This document shows positions 37,561 to 50,122 of a stretch of DNA of 64,000 bases, piece by piece. The DNA is taken from positions 140,926,001 through 140,990,000 of the forward strand of contig OX597816.1 in NCBI GenBank assembly GCA_951406725.2, read 5' to 3'. The translations under genes were made by a program, and so were the position numbers. The stretch comes from Octopus vulgaris (Eukaryota). Position 1 is the stretch's first letter. Every line of letters begins with the position of its first letter. The notes under the pieces were generated by a model. That model was not told the DNA's origin and did not search any database. It worked only from the letters and a program-made list of their open reading frames with translations.

Positions 37561-40483
37561 CAAATACATTTTCAAGAATAAACAGTATTATACATAAAAA
37601 AAACAAAAAAACCAATCAACTTACCGATGAACATCGAAAACGTAACATTAATAGAAAAATAAAGTTTAGAATTTAGAACCTTTGAAATATGTCTCCATCG
37701 TTAGAAGAATAGAGAGAAGACGTAAAGAGTTTCCAAATCTAGATGACTTCGAGTAGCAAATAGAATAGCGAAGAATAGAATTGCAAAAGAAATCTGCACT
37801 GAAGCTGACCTGACTTTACTTCTTTGATTGAAAGAAAGTGGTAATTTTCTGATTTAAGATATAAAAAAAAAAACATAATAATAAAAATTCTACCACTCCT
37901 AACTTCTGTTTCAATTACAATTTTGAACAAAAATGATCGGTAAAATTACTCCTACGTAGTTCCCCACCACCACTACCATTACTAAATTCTAATAAATCTC
38001 TAGAGATTTGACGCATGAACTATTGACCTTCCGGAGAAAATAGGAAAATTAGAGTTCAGGTTTTGTTTACAAATACATGAGTTATTTGTGTCGAAACGAG
38101 GTTTGAAAGGGAAATGAATTTAGTTAATTTGGTGAAGCAGAATGTAACTTAATTGCCGAAGTAGAACTATGTAAAATATTGAATTTTTCATGTCAACAGA
38201 GGAGGCTTTATGCAGTTACTTAACCTGTTAGAAACAGTAACCAAATCTCCCTCAAACCACGCGTTACCTTCAGAAATAAATAAAAGTGGTATATCAAATT
38301 CTTGTTTAAGTACGCCAAAAACCCTCTCATAACTTTTTTTTAGTTTTGGGAATTTTCAGACAATTTTTGCGAATTTGTATTCTACGCACAGGAATTACTG
38401 CAATTATGAACTCAACCCTCAATTTTTGTGTGTGATTTAAGGGATATTTAGCAGTTATTTTTAGCATTTCTCACGACCACCTGATACTCTCCTCGTTTGT
38501 TTGTCACTCTGATGTATTAATGTTTTGCTATGTTTCTCCCCATAAACACATGTATGTCTATTGATGGAATTTAACCAAAAAATTCGGACTCTCCACATTT
38601 TAAAGTGAATTAAAATTTTTTGTTTTTCAAAATTACAAAAAACATAACTTTTTTAGTAGTCATATAAATTCTCGTGTGTGGAACACGAATTCGCCAAAAT
38701 TTTCTGAAAATTCCAAAAGGTAAAAATGTTATGAGAATTCTGCCATAATTCTTTCTGTTTTAGACTCAAGGCCTGACATTTTGGGAGAGGAATCTAGTCG
38801 ATTACATCAACTCTTGTGCTCAATAAGCAGATATTTTATCGACCCTGAAAGGATGAAAGACAAAGTCGACCTCGGTGGAATATTGAGCTCAGAACGTAAA
38901 CCCGGAAGAAAAACTTGTTAAGCAGGCTGTCCGCTGTGCCAGTGCCTCTCTCAGTTCGCTGCCTTATGATTATATTAAATAATATGGCTGAAAAGGAAAA
39001 AGCACGGTCTTGTTTGGAGCGTCTTTGATTATAAGGTCTACTGGATTAGGATTAACCTAGGACTAAACAACAACAACACAAAAAAAATTTCCTTTAATTC
39101 ACACTCAAAAGTCCTAAAAAAGAAGGATGTATTGAATATTGTAGTTATAGATATGCCATTTTTGCGAGAAAAAAGAAAAAAAAAAAGAAATATAGAATAA
39201 TCAAAACTGGAATGTCTGATCTTCTTGATCTAGACTCATCTAAATAACACCACCTTGATTCGAGACGGGGAACTTCTACATGGTCGCCCGAGCTGCCAGA
39301 AATATTAGTCAAATCTCCCTTAATTTACATTCTCATTTTAAAAGAGAATAACATTGTATAATGAAATACGGGATGCAGAAATTCGAAGAGAAAGGCGAGG
39401 TGGTCATGTCTGTAACGTTTTTGGCCATAGGTTTGCTAAGTCAAGGCTGACCTGAAGTTAAGTAAGAAATCCATTTCATTGAAAGATCAATTTTTTAAGC
39501 ATGTATTTTTTTAAAGTATTTGAATTGGTTCAAATATTTTTAAAACAATGATAGTCATATGAGAAGTGACAGTGCACACGTCCGTTGCAGACCTCAAACT
39601 GGCGAAATTTATGCTGTTGATGTTCAATTTGAACACATGTAGGTCGCAGTCAGAAGCAAGAGAGGATGGCCTTGGAAGTGAGAAGCTGTCAGATGACGAG
39701 AGATGAGAAACGGGTGGAGTGACTGGGCCTACGTGCAACAGTATGCAGATAGTTAAGAAAACAAAAGCCTTTGTTGAAACGTGTGTGTGTGTGAAGGAGT
39801 GGGACATTCTAAAACTCTCAAAAAAGGCTATAAATCTCTGAACTAGAGTTTGAAGCTTGTTGGTAAGGAGGTAGGGTGTGATTTGAAGTAGAGTTAGCTG
39901 CTATTATTAGCAAGTCAAATATCCTTCGTTGGGAATTGGTCCAGTGTGTCAGAGAGTGAAGTAGCATCACTGTCGTATATATGTGAGTAGTATAGACATC
40001 TAGTTTGAGTTCGAACGACTTCACAAAATACAACACTAACTTTTCCAACGCAGCCATGAAACCGTAGCACTACCACTGTCTCCAACAGATTCACATTAAC
40101 ATTACATATAAGTTGGAAATGGTGAATTACATAGTCTCTGTGACAACTCCTATGAAGTAAGTTTCGATCTCTGTTAGAAACTCGCATATACAACGAATTA
40201 GTCATGAAAATTATGCAACTCCATTTCACTAAACCACAAAAGCAAAGTATATTATTCATAGGGGAAATCTATCTTGTTAACTCTTTGCTTATTGCAGAAA
40301 GAATATTTAAGGAGCGAGACATATTATAAAGAAAGGAATGTTGCGAAGAAAGAGATGTTGTGAAGGGTGGGGAGGAAGAAGGAAACATGTTGCCAATAAG
40401 ACGTTGCTAAAAAGAACGAATCAACGCGAAAGAAAAATTTAAAGTATGAAAGAAAAATTAGCCTAGTTAAGATTAAACTGAGA

Positions 40484-41391
40484 TACGATATGGGCTAAAT
40501 TTGACATTTTATGTCTCCTTTTTCAGAAACAGCTTGATGTGTTGGTGAACAGTTAAGTGACATGGAGGATTGGAAGGCATCTGAATGTTGGAAAAGAGTT
40601 ACCAGTATCATGATGATTCGCGCGGGGTATCAAAATGCCGACATCATGACTGCGGCTCAATACTAATGAATACGGCAAAGGCTGTAGGATGTGACACAAA
40701 CTTTATGAAAAACAAGTACCCCACACTGTAATGGTCTTTGAGTGTGTCTCCAGCGAAGGTGACGTCATGCCACCCCACACCTTTGAACAGGGCCTTAGAC
40801 TAAATTCAGACGGCTATGTGAAGCTACTAGAGACTGTGATCAAACCCTGGCTGGAGAGGGTTGCAGTTGGAAAGCTGCATGTGTGGCAGCAGGATTCGGC
40901 TTCTTGTCATATCTCCGGAAGTGGTTATCAGGGAATTTCTACGACTTCACTGGCCTCGATTTCTGGTCTCCTACTTCCCCCAATGTAATTACCATGTATG
41001 ACTATGTGTCGGGTGCGGTTGAGAAAGATATTAACCGTTCTGCCTGCAATACCAATGCCAAGCTGATGGCCAAGATCAAAAAGGTGTTCAAAGATCTTCC
41101 CAGGGACATGGTGAGGAATGCATGTGCCAGGTTCCGGAGCTGTCTTGAGGCCGCAGTGGAAGCTAAGCGTGGTTACTTTGAGTAAACTGTTATCCCCCTT
41201 CCATAACCTAGTTGATACTTTCCGATTTTTAAAATACTTGTATTTTTGGATGGGAGGCAGAGGGCAGCTACTTTCAGTGAATTGTTATCTCCCAGCCATA
41301 ATCTAGTTGATATGTTTTTGATTTTTGAATGGGATATTGTACTTTGTTACCCTTTTATGCAAACTGACAAATTTAGCCCGAACAGTCTGTA
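40484..41391 (+). mobile_element. Tc1/mariner-superfamily relic, internally deleted (possibly maT/DD37D-like)
   Basis: TIR core GGGCTAAATTTG at ~40492 and its inverse at ~41368-41379. Peptides VWQQDSASCH, FWSPTSP..MYDYV and ACARFRSCLEAAVEAKRGYFE. Confidence 0.8.
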
Positions 41392-42536
41392 AGCACTAAC
41401 AGGTATAGTTTTGAATTAGTGTGATATTTTGTAAATTTACTTGTTTGATCGGCTCCGTGGATTAAAAAAAATATTCTGCTGTGATACAAATCAGCATCAA
41501 GTATTCTGCTTTATTCAATGCCAACGATATTCAGAATGGTGCTTCGCAATTAAATGTTGCTCAATAAAGCCTTTAATGTTTACAGAACAGTGTACTAGAG
41601 AGACGGTTTCGCCAGTCATCACAAGCATGTTGGTTCCCCACTTCTGACATACTATCATTTTTCAGTAAATCTGTTTTGCATCTCGGATAGACTTTGCTGC
41701 ATTTACTTCAGTGAATCATATATCAAGGTTCAAATCCAATTTAGAACATCTTTGCTCTTCATTGAATTAGTGTAGAATTAATTGTTAGTTTGAAGAATTA
41801 ACTTGGTGCTCATAGCATTTTCAATAATTACTTGGATTGGAAGAGAGTGGGTGACTGGAGAGAATGAATATGATTATTGTTCAGTTGGCAGTTTTTCCGT
41901 GAGGTGAATTTGTAGAGAAAGATTGATCAGAGATGAGCACAAAATATGTGAAAGGTGACAGGAAAAGGTCAAGTTTATCAAGTTCAGGAGAACAAAGATT
42001 ATAGCAGTAATGATAAGAAAGGTAGACGGAAAACATACTTCGATGGTAGTGTAGATGTAGAATGTATCTTCTCAGATAGGTAAGAAGCAGTACTGTCTAT
42101 TGACTGTATTTGTGCTTTCAGTCAACAACTGCTTAAACTGAAAGTGTTTGCAGCTGTTGAGATACAGTTTTGGCCAGTAAAACATATGACAGCCATCAAA
42201 GGTCATATGAGATGTTAAAAATCAAACTGCTTTTGTGGAAGCGAGATAGTTTATGCAAGGCAACGTCACATTTGAAGACGTTATATCGGGGAAATGCTAG
42301 ACGTGTACAAACATTTTTGCCCTAAAAATCTACTGAATTTTGTGCAGTAGACCTAGCAATTTGGAATCCTTTGTTGTCATGATAGAACACAGTTCCTTCT
42401 CTGTTAAGAATGCATTTTGTTTAAAACTTTTAACATGTATGTTGCTTATGATCACGAGGTATGTAGTGCTGAATATTTGTTTGCTTCTAATGTCGTGCGT
42501 GTATTTGTTCTTCTGTGTCAATATCATAGCTGTTAA

Positions 42537-43120
42537 AGGCGGCGTGCTGGCAGAAACGTTAGCACACCGGGCGAAATGCTTAGCGGTATTTCGTCTGCCG
42601 TTACGTTCTGAGTTCAAATTCCGCCGAGGTCGACTTTGCCTTTCATCCTTTCGGGGTCGATTAAATAAATACCAGTTACGCACTGGGGTCGATATAATCG
42701 ACTTAATCCATTTGTCTGTCTTTGTTTGTCCCTTCTGTGATTAGCCCCTTGTGGGTAGTAAAGAAATACGTATTTCGTTTGTCGCTACGTTCTGAGTTCA
42801 AATTCCGCCGAGGTCGACTTTGCCTTTCATCCTTTTGGGGTCGATTAAATAAGTACCAGTTACGCACTGGGGTCGATATAATCGACTTAATCCGTTTGTC
42901 TGTCCTTGTTTGTCCTCTCTGTGTTTAGCCCCTTGTGGGCAATAAAGAAATAGGTATTTCGTCTGTCTTTATGTTCTGAGTTCAAATTCCACCGAGGTCG
43001 TCTTTGCCTTTCATCCTTTCGGGGTTGATAAATTAAGTACCAGTTGCGTACTGGGGCCGATCTAATCGACTGGCCCTCTCCCCCAAAATTTCGGGCCTTG
43101 TGCCTAGAGTAGAAGAGAAT
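42537..43120 (+). mobile_element. tRNA-derived SINE family A, trimeric copy
   Basis: Head GGCGGCGTGCTGGCAGAAACGTTAGC, B-box-like GAGTTCAAATTCC and core GACTTTGCCTTTCATCCTTTCGGGGTCGA, the latter two repeated three times. Confidence 0.85.
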
Positions 43121-45999
43121 ATCATATCTGTTGATTGAACACTACATTAAAAAAGTTAAATATAGATTCTCGGGTTAACTAAGAAGGAATCATTCTTCTA
43201 CCATTGCAACAAATATCTCATATAGCTTAGATCACCCCCGAAAAGATTCAATAGCTTGTCTGAGAAAAAAATTTTGTCCAACAAATTTTCCTGTTCTAGA
43301 GTCTTCTTTTCGTTGAGTGTTCATTATATTTAAACCTCAAGTCATGTGAATTTTAAAACATGTGTTTAAGCCAGCAAGAAAGCTACTAAATAGTCGATCG
43401 ACCTACCAGAAATAGCAGCCAAATATCCCTTAAAATCTGTCACAAGAAAGGAAAAAAAAATCGTAGAAACAATGTTATATCTTGACTTTAATTAAACAAA
43501 TATTTTAACGGTAACATTTTTTTTCCTGCGACTTATTTCTGAAATTGCTTTCTTGTGAATTTTTTTCTTTGATTCTAAAGCCTAAAGTAGTAGTCAGACA
43601 ATGCAGTCTTAGATACACTATATCTGAAAGTCTGACGAGATGGGCACGATTGAAACGTCTTTGAACACAGGTCTACCTGATAAGGACTAACCTAGGGTTA
43701 AACAACAACAAAAACAACAATATTAGTAGCAGCAGCAGTAGTTGCTGCAACATAGCATTGAAAAATAACTTGGTTATTGACAACAATGGAAAGAGTGTAC
43801 TGAATTTTCAAAGTTCCCTTGAATTTTTTTTTTTCTAGCAACAAAACTTATGAGAATGACCTATCAGAAATGAAAATTTGAGATTCTTTCGGGTCGAATT
43901 GCTACTTAGAATGTTGGTGTCATACCTCCGTTGAATTTTTTAATTTCTCGGTTAAAAGAGGTTAGTAAAACATATATCAGCTTACCGGAGTGGAAGGGGA
44001 AAGAGCAAGTTGGGTTTATTTTGTAAAATAACTCAACTATGAGTTTAATCGGATGAAAGTCTACATCGACTCCAGCGGGATTTAAACTCAAATTTAAACC
44101 GTAAAGACATGTAACTGAATACCACAAGTCATTTTTTAGTGGCGCCTTACCATTTCAGAATTGGTAGAGAGCCGGACAAAATACCTTGCAATAATTTGTT
44201 ATATTTGTTTACATTCCAAGTTCAAATCCTGCCGAGATCGATTTTTAACTTCCATCTTCCTGATAAAGTATTGGGGTTCGATTTAATTGGGGTATCCATC
44301 TCACAAATTTGTGTGTTAACAGCCAATGTTAGAAACCCTTAATAATGGTTTCAAATTTTGACGCTAGGCCTGCAATTTCAAGGAAAGGTGCAAGAAGATT
44401 ACACTGACCCAAGTGCTCAACTGGTACTTATTTCATCGACCCCGAAAGGATGAAAAGCAAAATCGACCTCGACAGCATTTGAACTCATAACGTGAAGACA
44501 AACGAAATGCCGCGAAGCATTTTTTCCGCGTGCTAACGATTCTTTTCTACTCTAGGCACAAGGCCCGAATTTTTTAGGGAGGGGACCAGTCGATTAGATC
44601 GGCCCCAGTACGCAACTGGTGCTTAATTTATCGACCCCGAAAGGATGAAAAGCAAAGACGACCTCGGCGGAATTTGAACTCAGGACCTAAAGACAGGCGG
44701 AATTTTTTCCCGGCATACTAACGTGTGAATTATAGAGATGACCCAGAAGTTGTTTTTCTTCGATTACTGTCGCAAACAGCAGTAGGTTTCTTCAGCTGAA
44801 TGCAAGTCATTGATTGGTTAAAATTATCCAAATACGACAAATTAACACGAAATAACTTCTAAAATACGAAATTTTGTCCAAAATGTTGAAACTAAACGGT
44901 GTTTAGCGTGAGAAATTACACGAATATACGAAGATTCAAACTGTTTAGTTAAAAAAAGTAATTTAAAAATCTGTAAGCCAAACTGAAAAGATCCCGCAAA
45001 GACGTTGAGGATAGTTGATAACATCGATTCCAGTTCTTGAGTGGTGGTCATTTTATTAAGTAAAGTTGATCACAACAGGAAAATGCAAAAGACTTTAGCT
45101 TACATCCTTCTGAGGTCGAAAAGAACCAGTCAAATACTTTTTTCGATATAACCAACTGTTCCCTTCCTTCCAAATTTTTGGCCGTGTGCACATGTTAACA
45201 ATTATCATTATCACCATGATTATAGTCCTCCTCTTCATCATCATCCCCCTCCCTTCGTCGTTGCTGTCGTCATCATCACCATTGTTGTCGTTGTTGTTGT
45301 TATTATTATTATTATTATTGTTGCTGTTATTGTTATTACTGAGTGAGAGAGTACCTATAGTAGAAAGGATTAATTTTAGTTTCATTTTCACTACACAACC
45401 GAACACATATGTACTTTGGACATGTGCAAATGCTTTTGTACTTTAATGTTCTATTTGAAGTACGACAAACATATTACTTAGCAATATGAGTACAGTGCTT
45501 TGTAGTGATAATTTCTGTATTAGGTATGTGTGTGTGTGTTTGTGTATGTGTGTATTTGTGCAAGACCGAGATTATTGATTATATATTACTTGTATGTGTT
45601 AAAATCATTCTCAAGGAACCAATTATTATGAGGATTGTTTCTGGTTTTAAATTCCTTCAGTCTGGTTATCGCCATTTCTTTTATAAATATATTTTAAGTT
45701 CCAACTGACTGGTACTGATAGCTCGACCAAGCGACACATTTCTGCTGGTGGTCCAAGAGAACAATATTAAGTCGCTTTATTTCGATCTTCCCGTCTTAGT
45801 TAATTAGCAGGTCACAGAATATAGCGACTTTCTTATTCTCTGAGACATTCACTGATGTATTTTTATACCATCTTTTTTGTGTGTGGATTGCATAATGTTG
45901 TATATGATATGTCCCACTATACATATGTACACACACACACATACACAGTATATACATACATACATTATATGTATGTATCAATATATATATGCTCTTGGA

Positions 46000-46490
46000 T
46001 AAGTTTGGACAACCAAAAATAAATTTGATTAATTATTTCTTCCCATCTTCACTTATACTGCAGTTACATTTTGTGATCTTATTTTATGCTTTTGATAGCT
46101 TCTGGTGAGACGCATATTACAGTATTTAGCTGTTTCAATCATTAATCTAAAGCATTTATATTCTTTTCTGACATTTTCTTTCATTTCTCTGTGTTTTGTA
46201 CTCTGCCTAGTTCATTGATTCTCAAGCATTTTTAAGTCCGTGAGGTACATTCTTTTATATCTATTTATATACTTTTTCTTATTTTTCTAATCTAACACGA
46301 TATCAATGACCTGAATACATTTTCCCCACTTCAAAGTTGCTCTTGCGCGTTTTTATAATCCGAACTTCATATCAATTTTCTCTGATGATTCTGTGTATAG
46401 TCTGCAGCAGAGTTTCTCGTTGTTTATCATCTGCAGCGAAAAACTTGAGGTTATCCCGACACAAAAGATAGTCTATCCCACTTACAGAAC
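46000..46490 (-). mobile_element. Highly decayed Tc1-like transposase relic
   Basis: The minus strand shows a degraded SPDLN..EN-like motif and C-terminal spacing typical of Tc1; many stops. Confidence 0.35.
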
Positions 46491-47026
46491 GCATTACATG
46501 TGTGTGCATGTATAAATGTGTGTGTGTATATGTATGTGTGTGCATATGTATATATCAATTTTGGTTCTTGATATGTGGATGAATTTGCTATGTCAATCTA
46601 GCCTTCCATAGTACCATAGTTGTCTTGAATGTACATATTAATGGCTTTCTCTAGAAATTCATCTTCTTGTACAGTATCTAACTATTAGGTCCCTTCCATG
46701 TGCCTTCTCATTAATGTAGCTTGCCTACAGCCATGGTAGAAGTTTCAGGGCCGATTGTGTAAGTTTGGCTGTCGATGTTGGTACAGTATTCTTTTCTAGC
46801 CACAATGCATTCTGGTTGAAATCTCTTTTGATTACAGATCTCAGACCACAATGATTCAAGATCTTGTCAATGCATATAGGTATACAAGTGTATGTGTATC
46901 TTTCCTCATTCCATTGTGTAGAAGAGTGTAGGCTCGAAACGTCAAAGACTCTTCTATTTTCCTGAGCGTCAAACTAATGTACCTTGTTTGTTGTTGTCTG
47001 TCCTTTGTTTTTTATACAATTTTGAA

Positions 47027-47063
<37 letters not shown>

Positions 47064-47110
47064 CATACATACACACTATATGCATAGTTATACACACACA
47101 CACACACATA

Positions 47111-47146
<36 letters not shown>

Positions 47147-47184
47147 TGTATGTATGTATGTATGTATGTATGTATGTATACATG

Positions 47185-48335
47185 ACTAACTCAATTGCAC
47201 CACCTGGAAAGTCTTTTAGTTAATTATTTCGGGACACCATGGATCACTCAAGCAGAGAGTTGTTAGTTGAGACGTATCCAGGTGTAGGTAGTTTATCCAT
47301 TATTTCTTGGAGGAATTTGTCCAGGTGTCGTTTGAAAGTTGGGGGTGGGGGGAGGTCTTTTCTACTTTAATTTCTTTCGGGATAACATTGAAAAGAGCAG
47401 GACCATTTGCAGTGAAGAAATTGTGTCGCAATGTTCTTATGTGGTGTGATCTCGACCTTTGTAGGGAACGAATTGCACGGAGGCCTAGTCTTGGGTGAAT
47501 TGTAAGCATAATACCAATATCATTTGGATAATATTGGTGGAATATTTTCCACATGGTGTAAATAATGTATCGCTCTCAGCGGCGTTGCAGAAAATAGAGT
47601 TTCGGGTGTTTAAGTCTAATCCAATAATCAAGTCCCATCAAGCCATTTATTTTTTTAGTGATCGATCTTTGTGACGCTTCGATCTTCATTATGTCTTTTT
47701 TTTTTTTGTAGGAGGACCACAATGGGCAGCATTATTCAAGGTTGGGCCTAGCGAATGTGGAGAAAAGAAGGATGATAGTTTCGTGATCTCTAGATTGAAA
47801 AGTTCTGAGGATCCATGAGCCCATTCCGCGATCAACATTGACATCATTGTTGATGTGCAAACTCCAGCTAAGGTTGCTGTCGACAGTTACACCTAAGTCT
47901 CTGATATTATCCGACGATTCAAGTAGGTCTCCCAACGTTAGTGTATATGGTTGTTTGAGCGTGCCCTCTTTTCCAAAGTGGACGAACTTATATTTTTCTT
48001 CGTTCAACTGCATATTGTTCTTTCTTTTTGTGTACCCACTGCGTTACTGCGCATAGGCCCAATTGAAGCATCATTCGATCATTCTGCAAATATTTTAATG
48101 GTAGTGTCATTGATAAAGAGAATAAGAAGTGGACCCAGCACAGTACCCTGCGGGACTCCGCTGATGACTTTTGCTGGTCTTGAGTGGATGCCCTCAACCA
48201 CAACATGCTGGGTACTGTTTGTTAGGAAATATCTAATCCATTGAAGTAGCTTTCCACCGACTCCAGTGTTTGGATAGTTTCCTTAACAGTATATTGCGGT
48301 CGATTCTGTCAAAAGGCTTGCTGAAATTAAGGTAT
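47185..48335 (-). mobile_element. CR1-like LINE relic (RT C-terminal half)
   Basis: YLNFSKPFDRID, SGVPQGTVLGPLLI, MQLNEEK...IRDLGVTVDSNLSW..HI, F..FARPNLEY motifs. Confidence 0.85.
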
Positions 48336-48339
48336 ATAT

Positions 48340-48830
48340 ATATATATATATATATATAGAAAATAGTAAAAAGTGAAAAAACTACAGAAGGCTTGTTTCA
48401 AAAGGTTAAAAAATATATATTTGAGTCAATATGTCTGAAAAATGTTATAAATTTTTTTCTTACAATGACATTATTTAGAAGAAATGACCGGTTTCGCGTT
48501 CAGCTTTTCAAATTTCTTACATCGTTATGTTTACGTTGAGAAGAGTTATCGTTATGTTTATGATGAGAAGAGTTCCAGATAAGGGGAGGTAATAAGTGAT
48601 TTCTTCCGGTGTAAGGGAGATAATCGCTTAAAATTTTTTGCATTTATTTTGGAGTGAATTTCTCTGTAAAAGTATGTTGGAATGGTTAAGTTTGGGCTTG
48701 TAATTTTCAATGAAGAATGTTTCCTTGTTTAGTCTAATTTGTGTTGGTGTTCCGGTAGCACATTGGTAAAATGGAAAGATTAAAAATTGTGGTAGTAGTT
48801 GCTTTGCGCATTTCTCAATGTGCTCACTAA
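48340..48830 (-). mobile_element. Penelope-like element 3' relic (GIY-YIG C-terminus plus pseudo-LTR)
   Basis: The minus strand encodes SEHIEKCAKQLLPQFLIFPFYQC...RLNKETFFIENYKPKLN, followed by a hammerhead motif. Confidence 0.75.
48479..48518 (-). ncRNA. Minimal type I hammerhead ribozyme motif, U3-A8 core variant
   Basis: AAGAAAU-UUGAAAA-GC(UGAAC)GC-GAAA-CCGG-UC-AUUUCUU: perfect 7-bp stem I, palindromic stem III, GUC site. Confidence 0.7.
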
Positions 48831-48918
48831 ACTGTTACCACCAGCGAATCAGCCTCCCATTTTTGTCAAATTTAAGAACAATAATAGTTCGTGTTTCTTT
48901 TTATGTAAACAAACTTTC

Positions 48919-49122
48919 TATATGCTTTCGGTGCGAATGGGTTCGACTCCCACGCGGATAGGAAAACCTTCGTTTTTCTGTCGAGGGCTTATATGCCCCT
49001 TTATTAGACTATTTTCCTTAGTCATTGCACGGTGATCGGTATAAGATTTAAGTTTATATAAAAATACCATTATTATTATTATTTACTGGATTGTAAAAGA
49101 CCATTCGCACCGAAAGCATATA
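48919..49122. mobile_element. ~200-bp element with a perfect 22-bp terminal inverted repeat
   Basis: TATATGCTTTCGGTGCGAATGG (48919-48940) and CCATTCGCACCGAAAGCATATA (49101-49122). Confidence 0.65.
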
Positions 49123-49144
49123 TATATATTGTCTTTTGGATTGG

Positions 49145-49179
<35 letters not shown>

Positions 49180-49185
<6 letters not shown>

Positions 49186-49815
49186 GAAATATGTTGCAAA
49201 AAGAAAATAGAAAGTACACGTGGAAATGTAAAGGGAAAGTAAGAAGAAAAATAAGCGAAAATGCACATTGGAAATCAAAAAAAAAGTAAAGGCTTTTTAT
49301 GAAAAGTAACGATAGATATATACAATTAGATGAATTGAGGTAAGAATACAAGTAATAAAAGTCATTATTGTGAATTGTTAAAGAGATTCAAAAGCATACC
49401 GGTTTCGTGAATTTACTAATCATTGCTTTGAATGCACACCGATTAATGAACGGTGTCAGGTCTACTAGTCCCTGAGTAAAACGATTATGTGTAAGGGAGG
49501 TAAGTTGTTCTGGATTTGGTGCAGTTAGGGTAGATATAGATCTGTAATGTGAATGGTGTGTAGGATGTATGGGGTTAGTGGTATTAATTGAAAGGTTAGT
49601 AGCGTTCTTTATTATGTTATGGTGTTCATATTGAGTTGTGGAAGATATTTATTGATGAAAGTTGCTTCTTTATTCATTCTTTGTTGTATTAAGGTGTTCT
49701 ATGAACATTGATAGAAGGGGAAAATTAGGAGATTAGGATTAAGATTCCTAGCACACCTTTCTATGTGTTCACTAACCTGTATCTGTCTGTATTGTGGGTG
49801 GCGGATTTGTTCTTT
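49180..49815 (-). mobile_element. Second Penelope-like 3' relic, related to the first
   Basis: The minus strand encodes QIRHPQYRQIQVSEHIERCARNLNPNLLIFPFYQCS*...RMNKEATFINKYLPQLN, followed by a hammerhead motif. Confidence 0.75.
49387..49432 (-). ncRNA. Minimal type I hammerhead ribozyme motif, A3-U8 core variant
   Basis: UUCAAAGCA-AUGAUUA-GU(AAAUUC)AC-GAAA-CCGG-UA-UGCUUUUGAA: 9-bp stem I with one bulge, GUA site. Confidence 0.65.
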
Positions 49816-49891
49816 CTGTGTGTATGTATGAATCTATGTATGTATGTATGTATTTATGTATGTATATGTGTATGTATGTATCTATGCATAA

Positions 49892-49935
<44 letters not shown>

Positions 49936-50073
49936 TTCAAAATTGTATAAAAACAATTTATACATATTTACACCCAGTGGTCTGTCCCTCTGGGTGCGTA
50001 TAAATATGTACACAGTTTGTGTGCGTGATGGTGTGAGTGCCTGTGTATACAAATGCAAATGCATATATTTCCG

Positions 50074-50122
<49 letters not shown>

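Noticed and set aside
39500-42530. Possible LINE endonuclease relics flanking the Tc1/mariner element
   Set aside because: Only vague motif hints; could not be assigned without a profile search.
46905-46960. GAAGAG-TGTAG-GCTC-GAAACGTC, resembling a Penelope hammerhead
   Set aside because: The core and stem I are too degraded to call.
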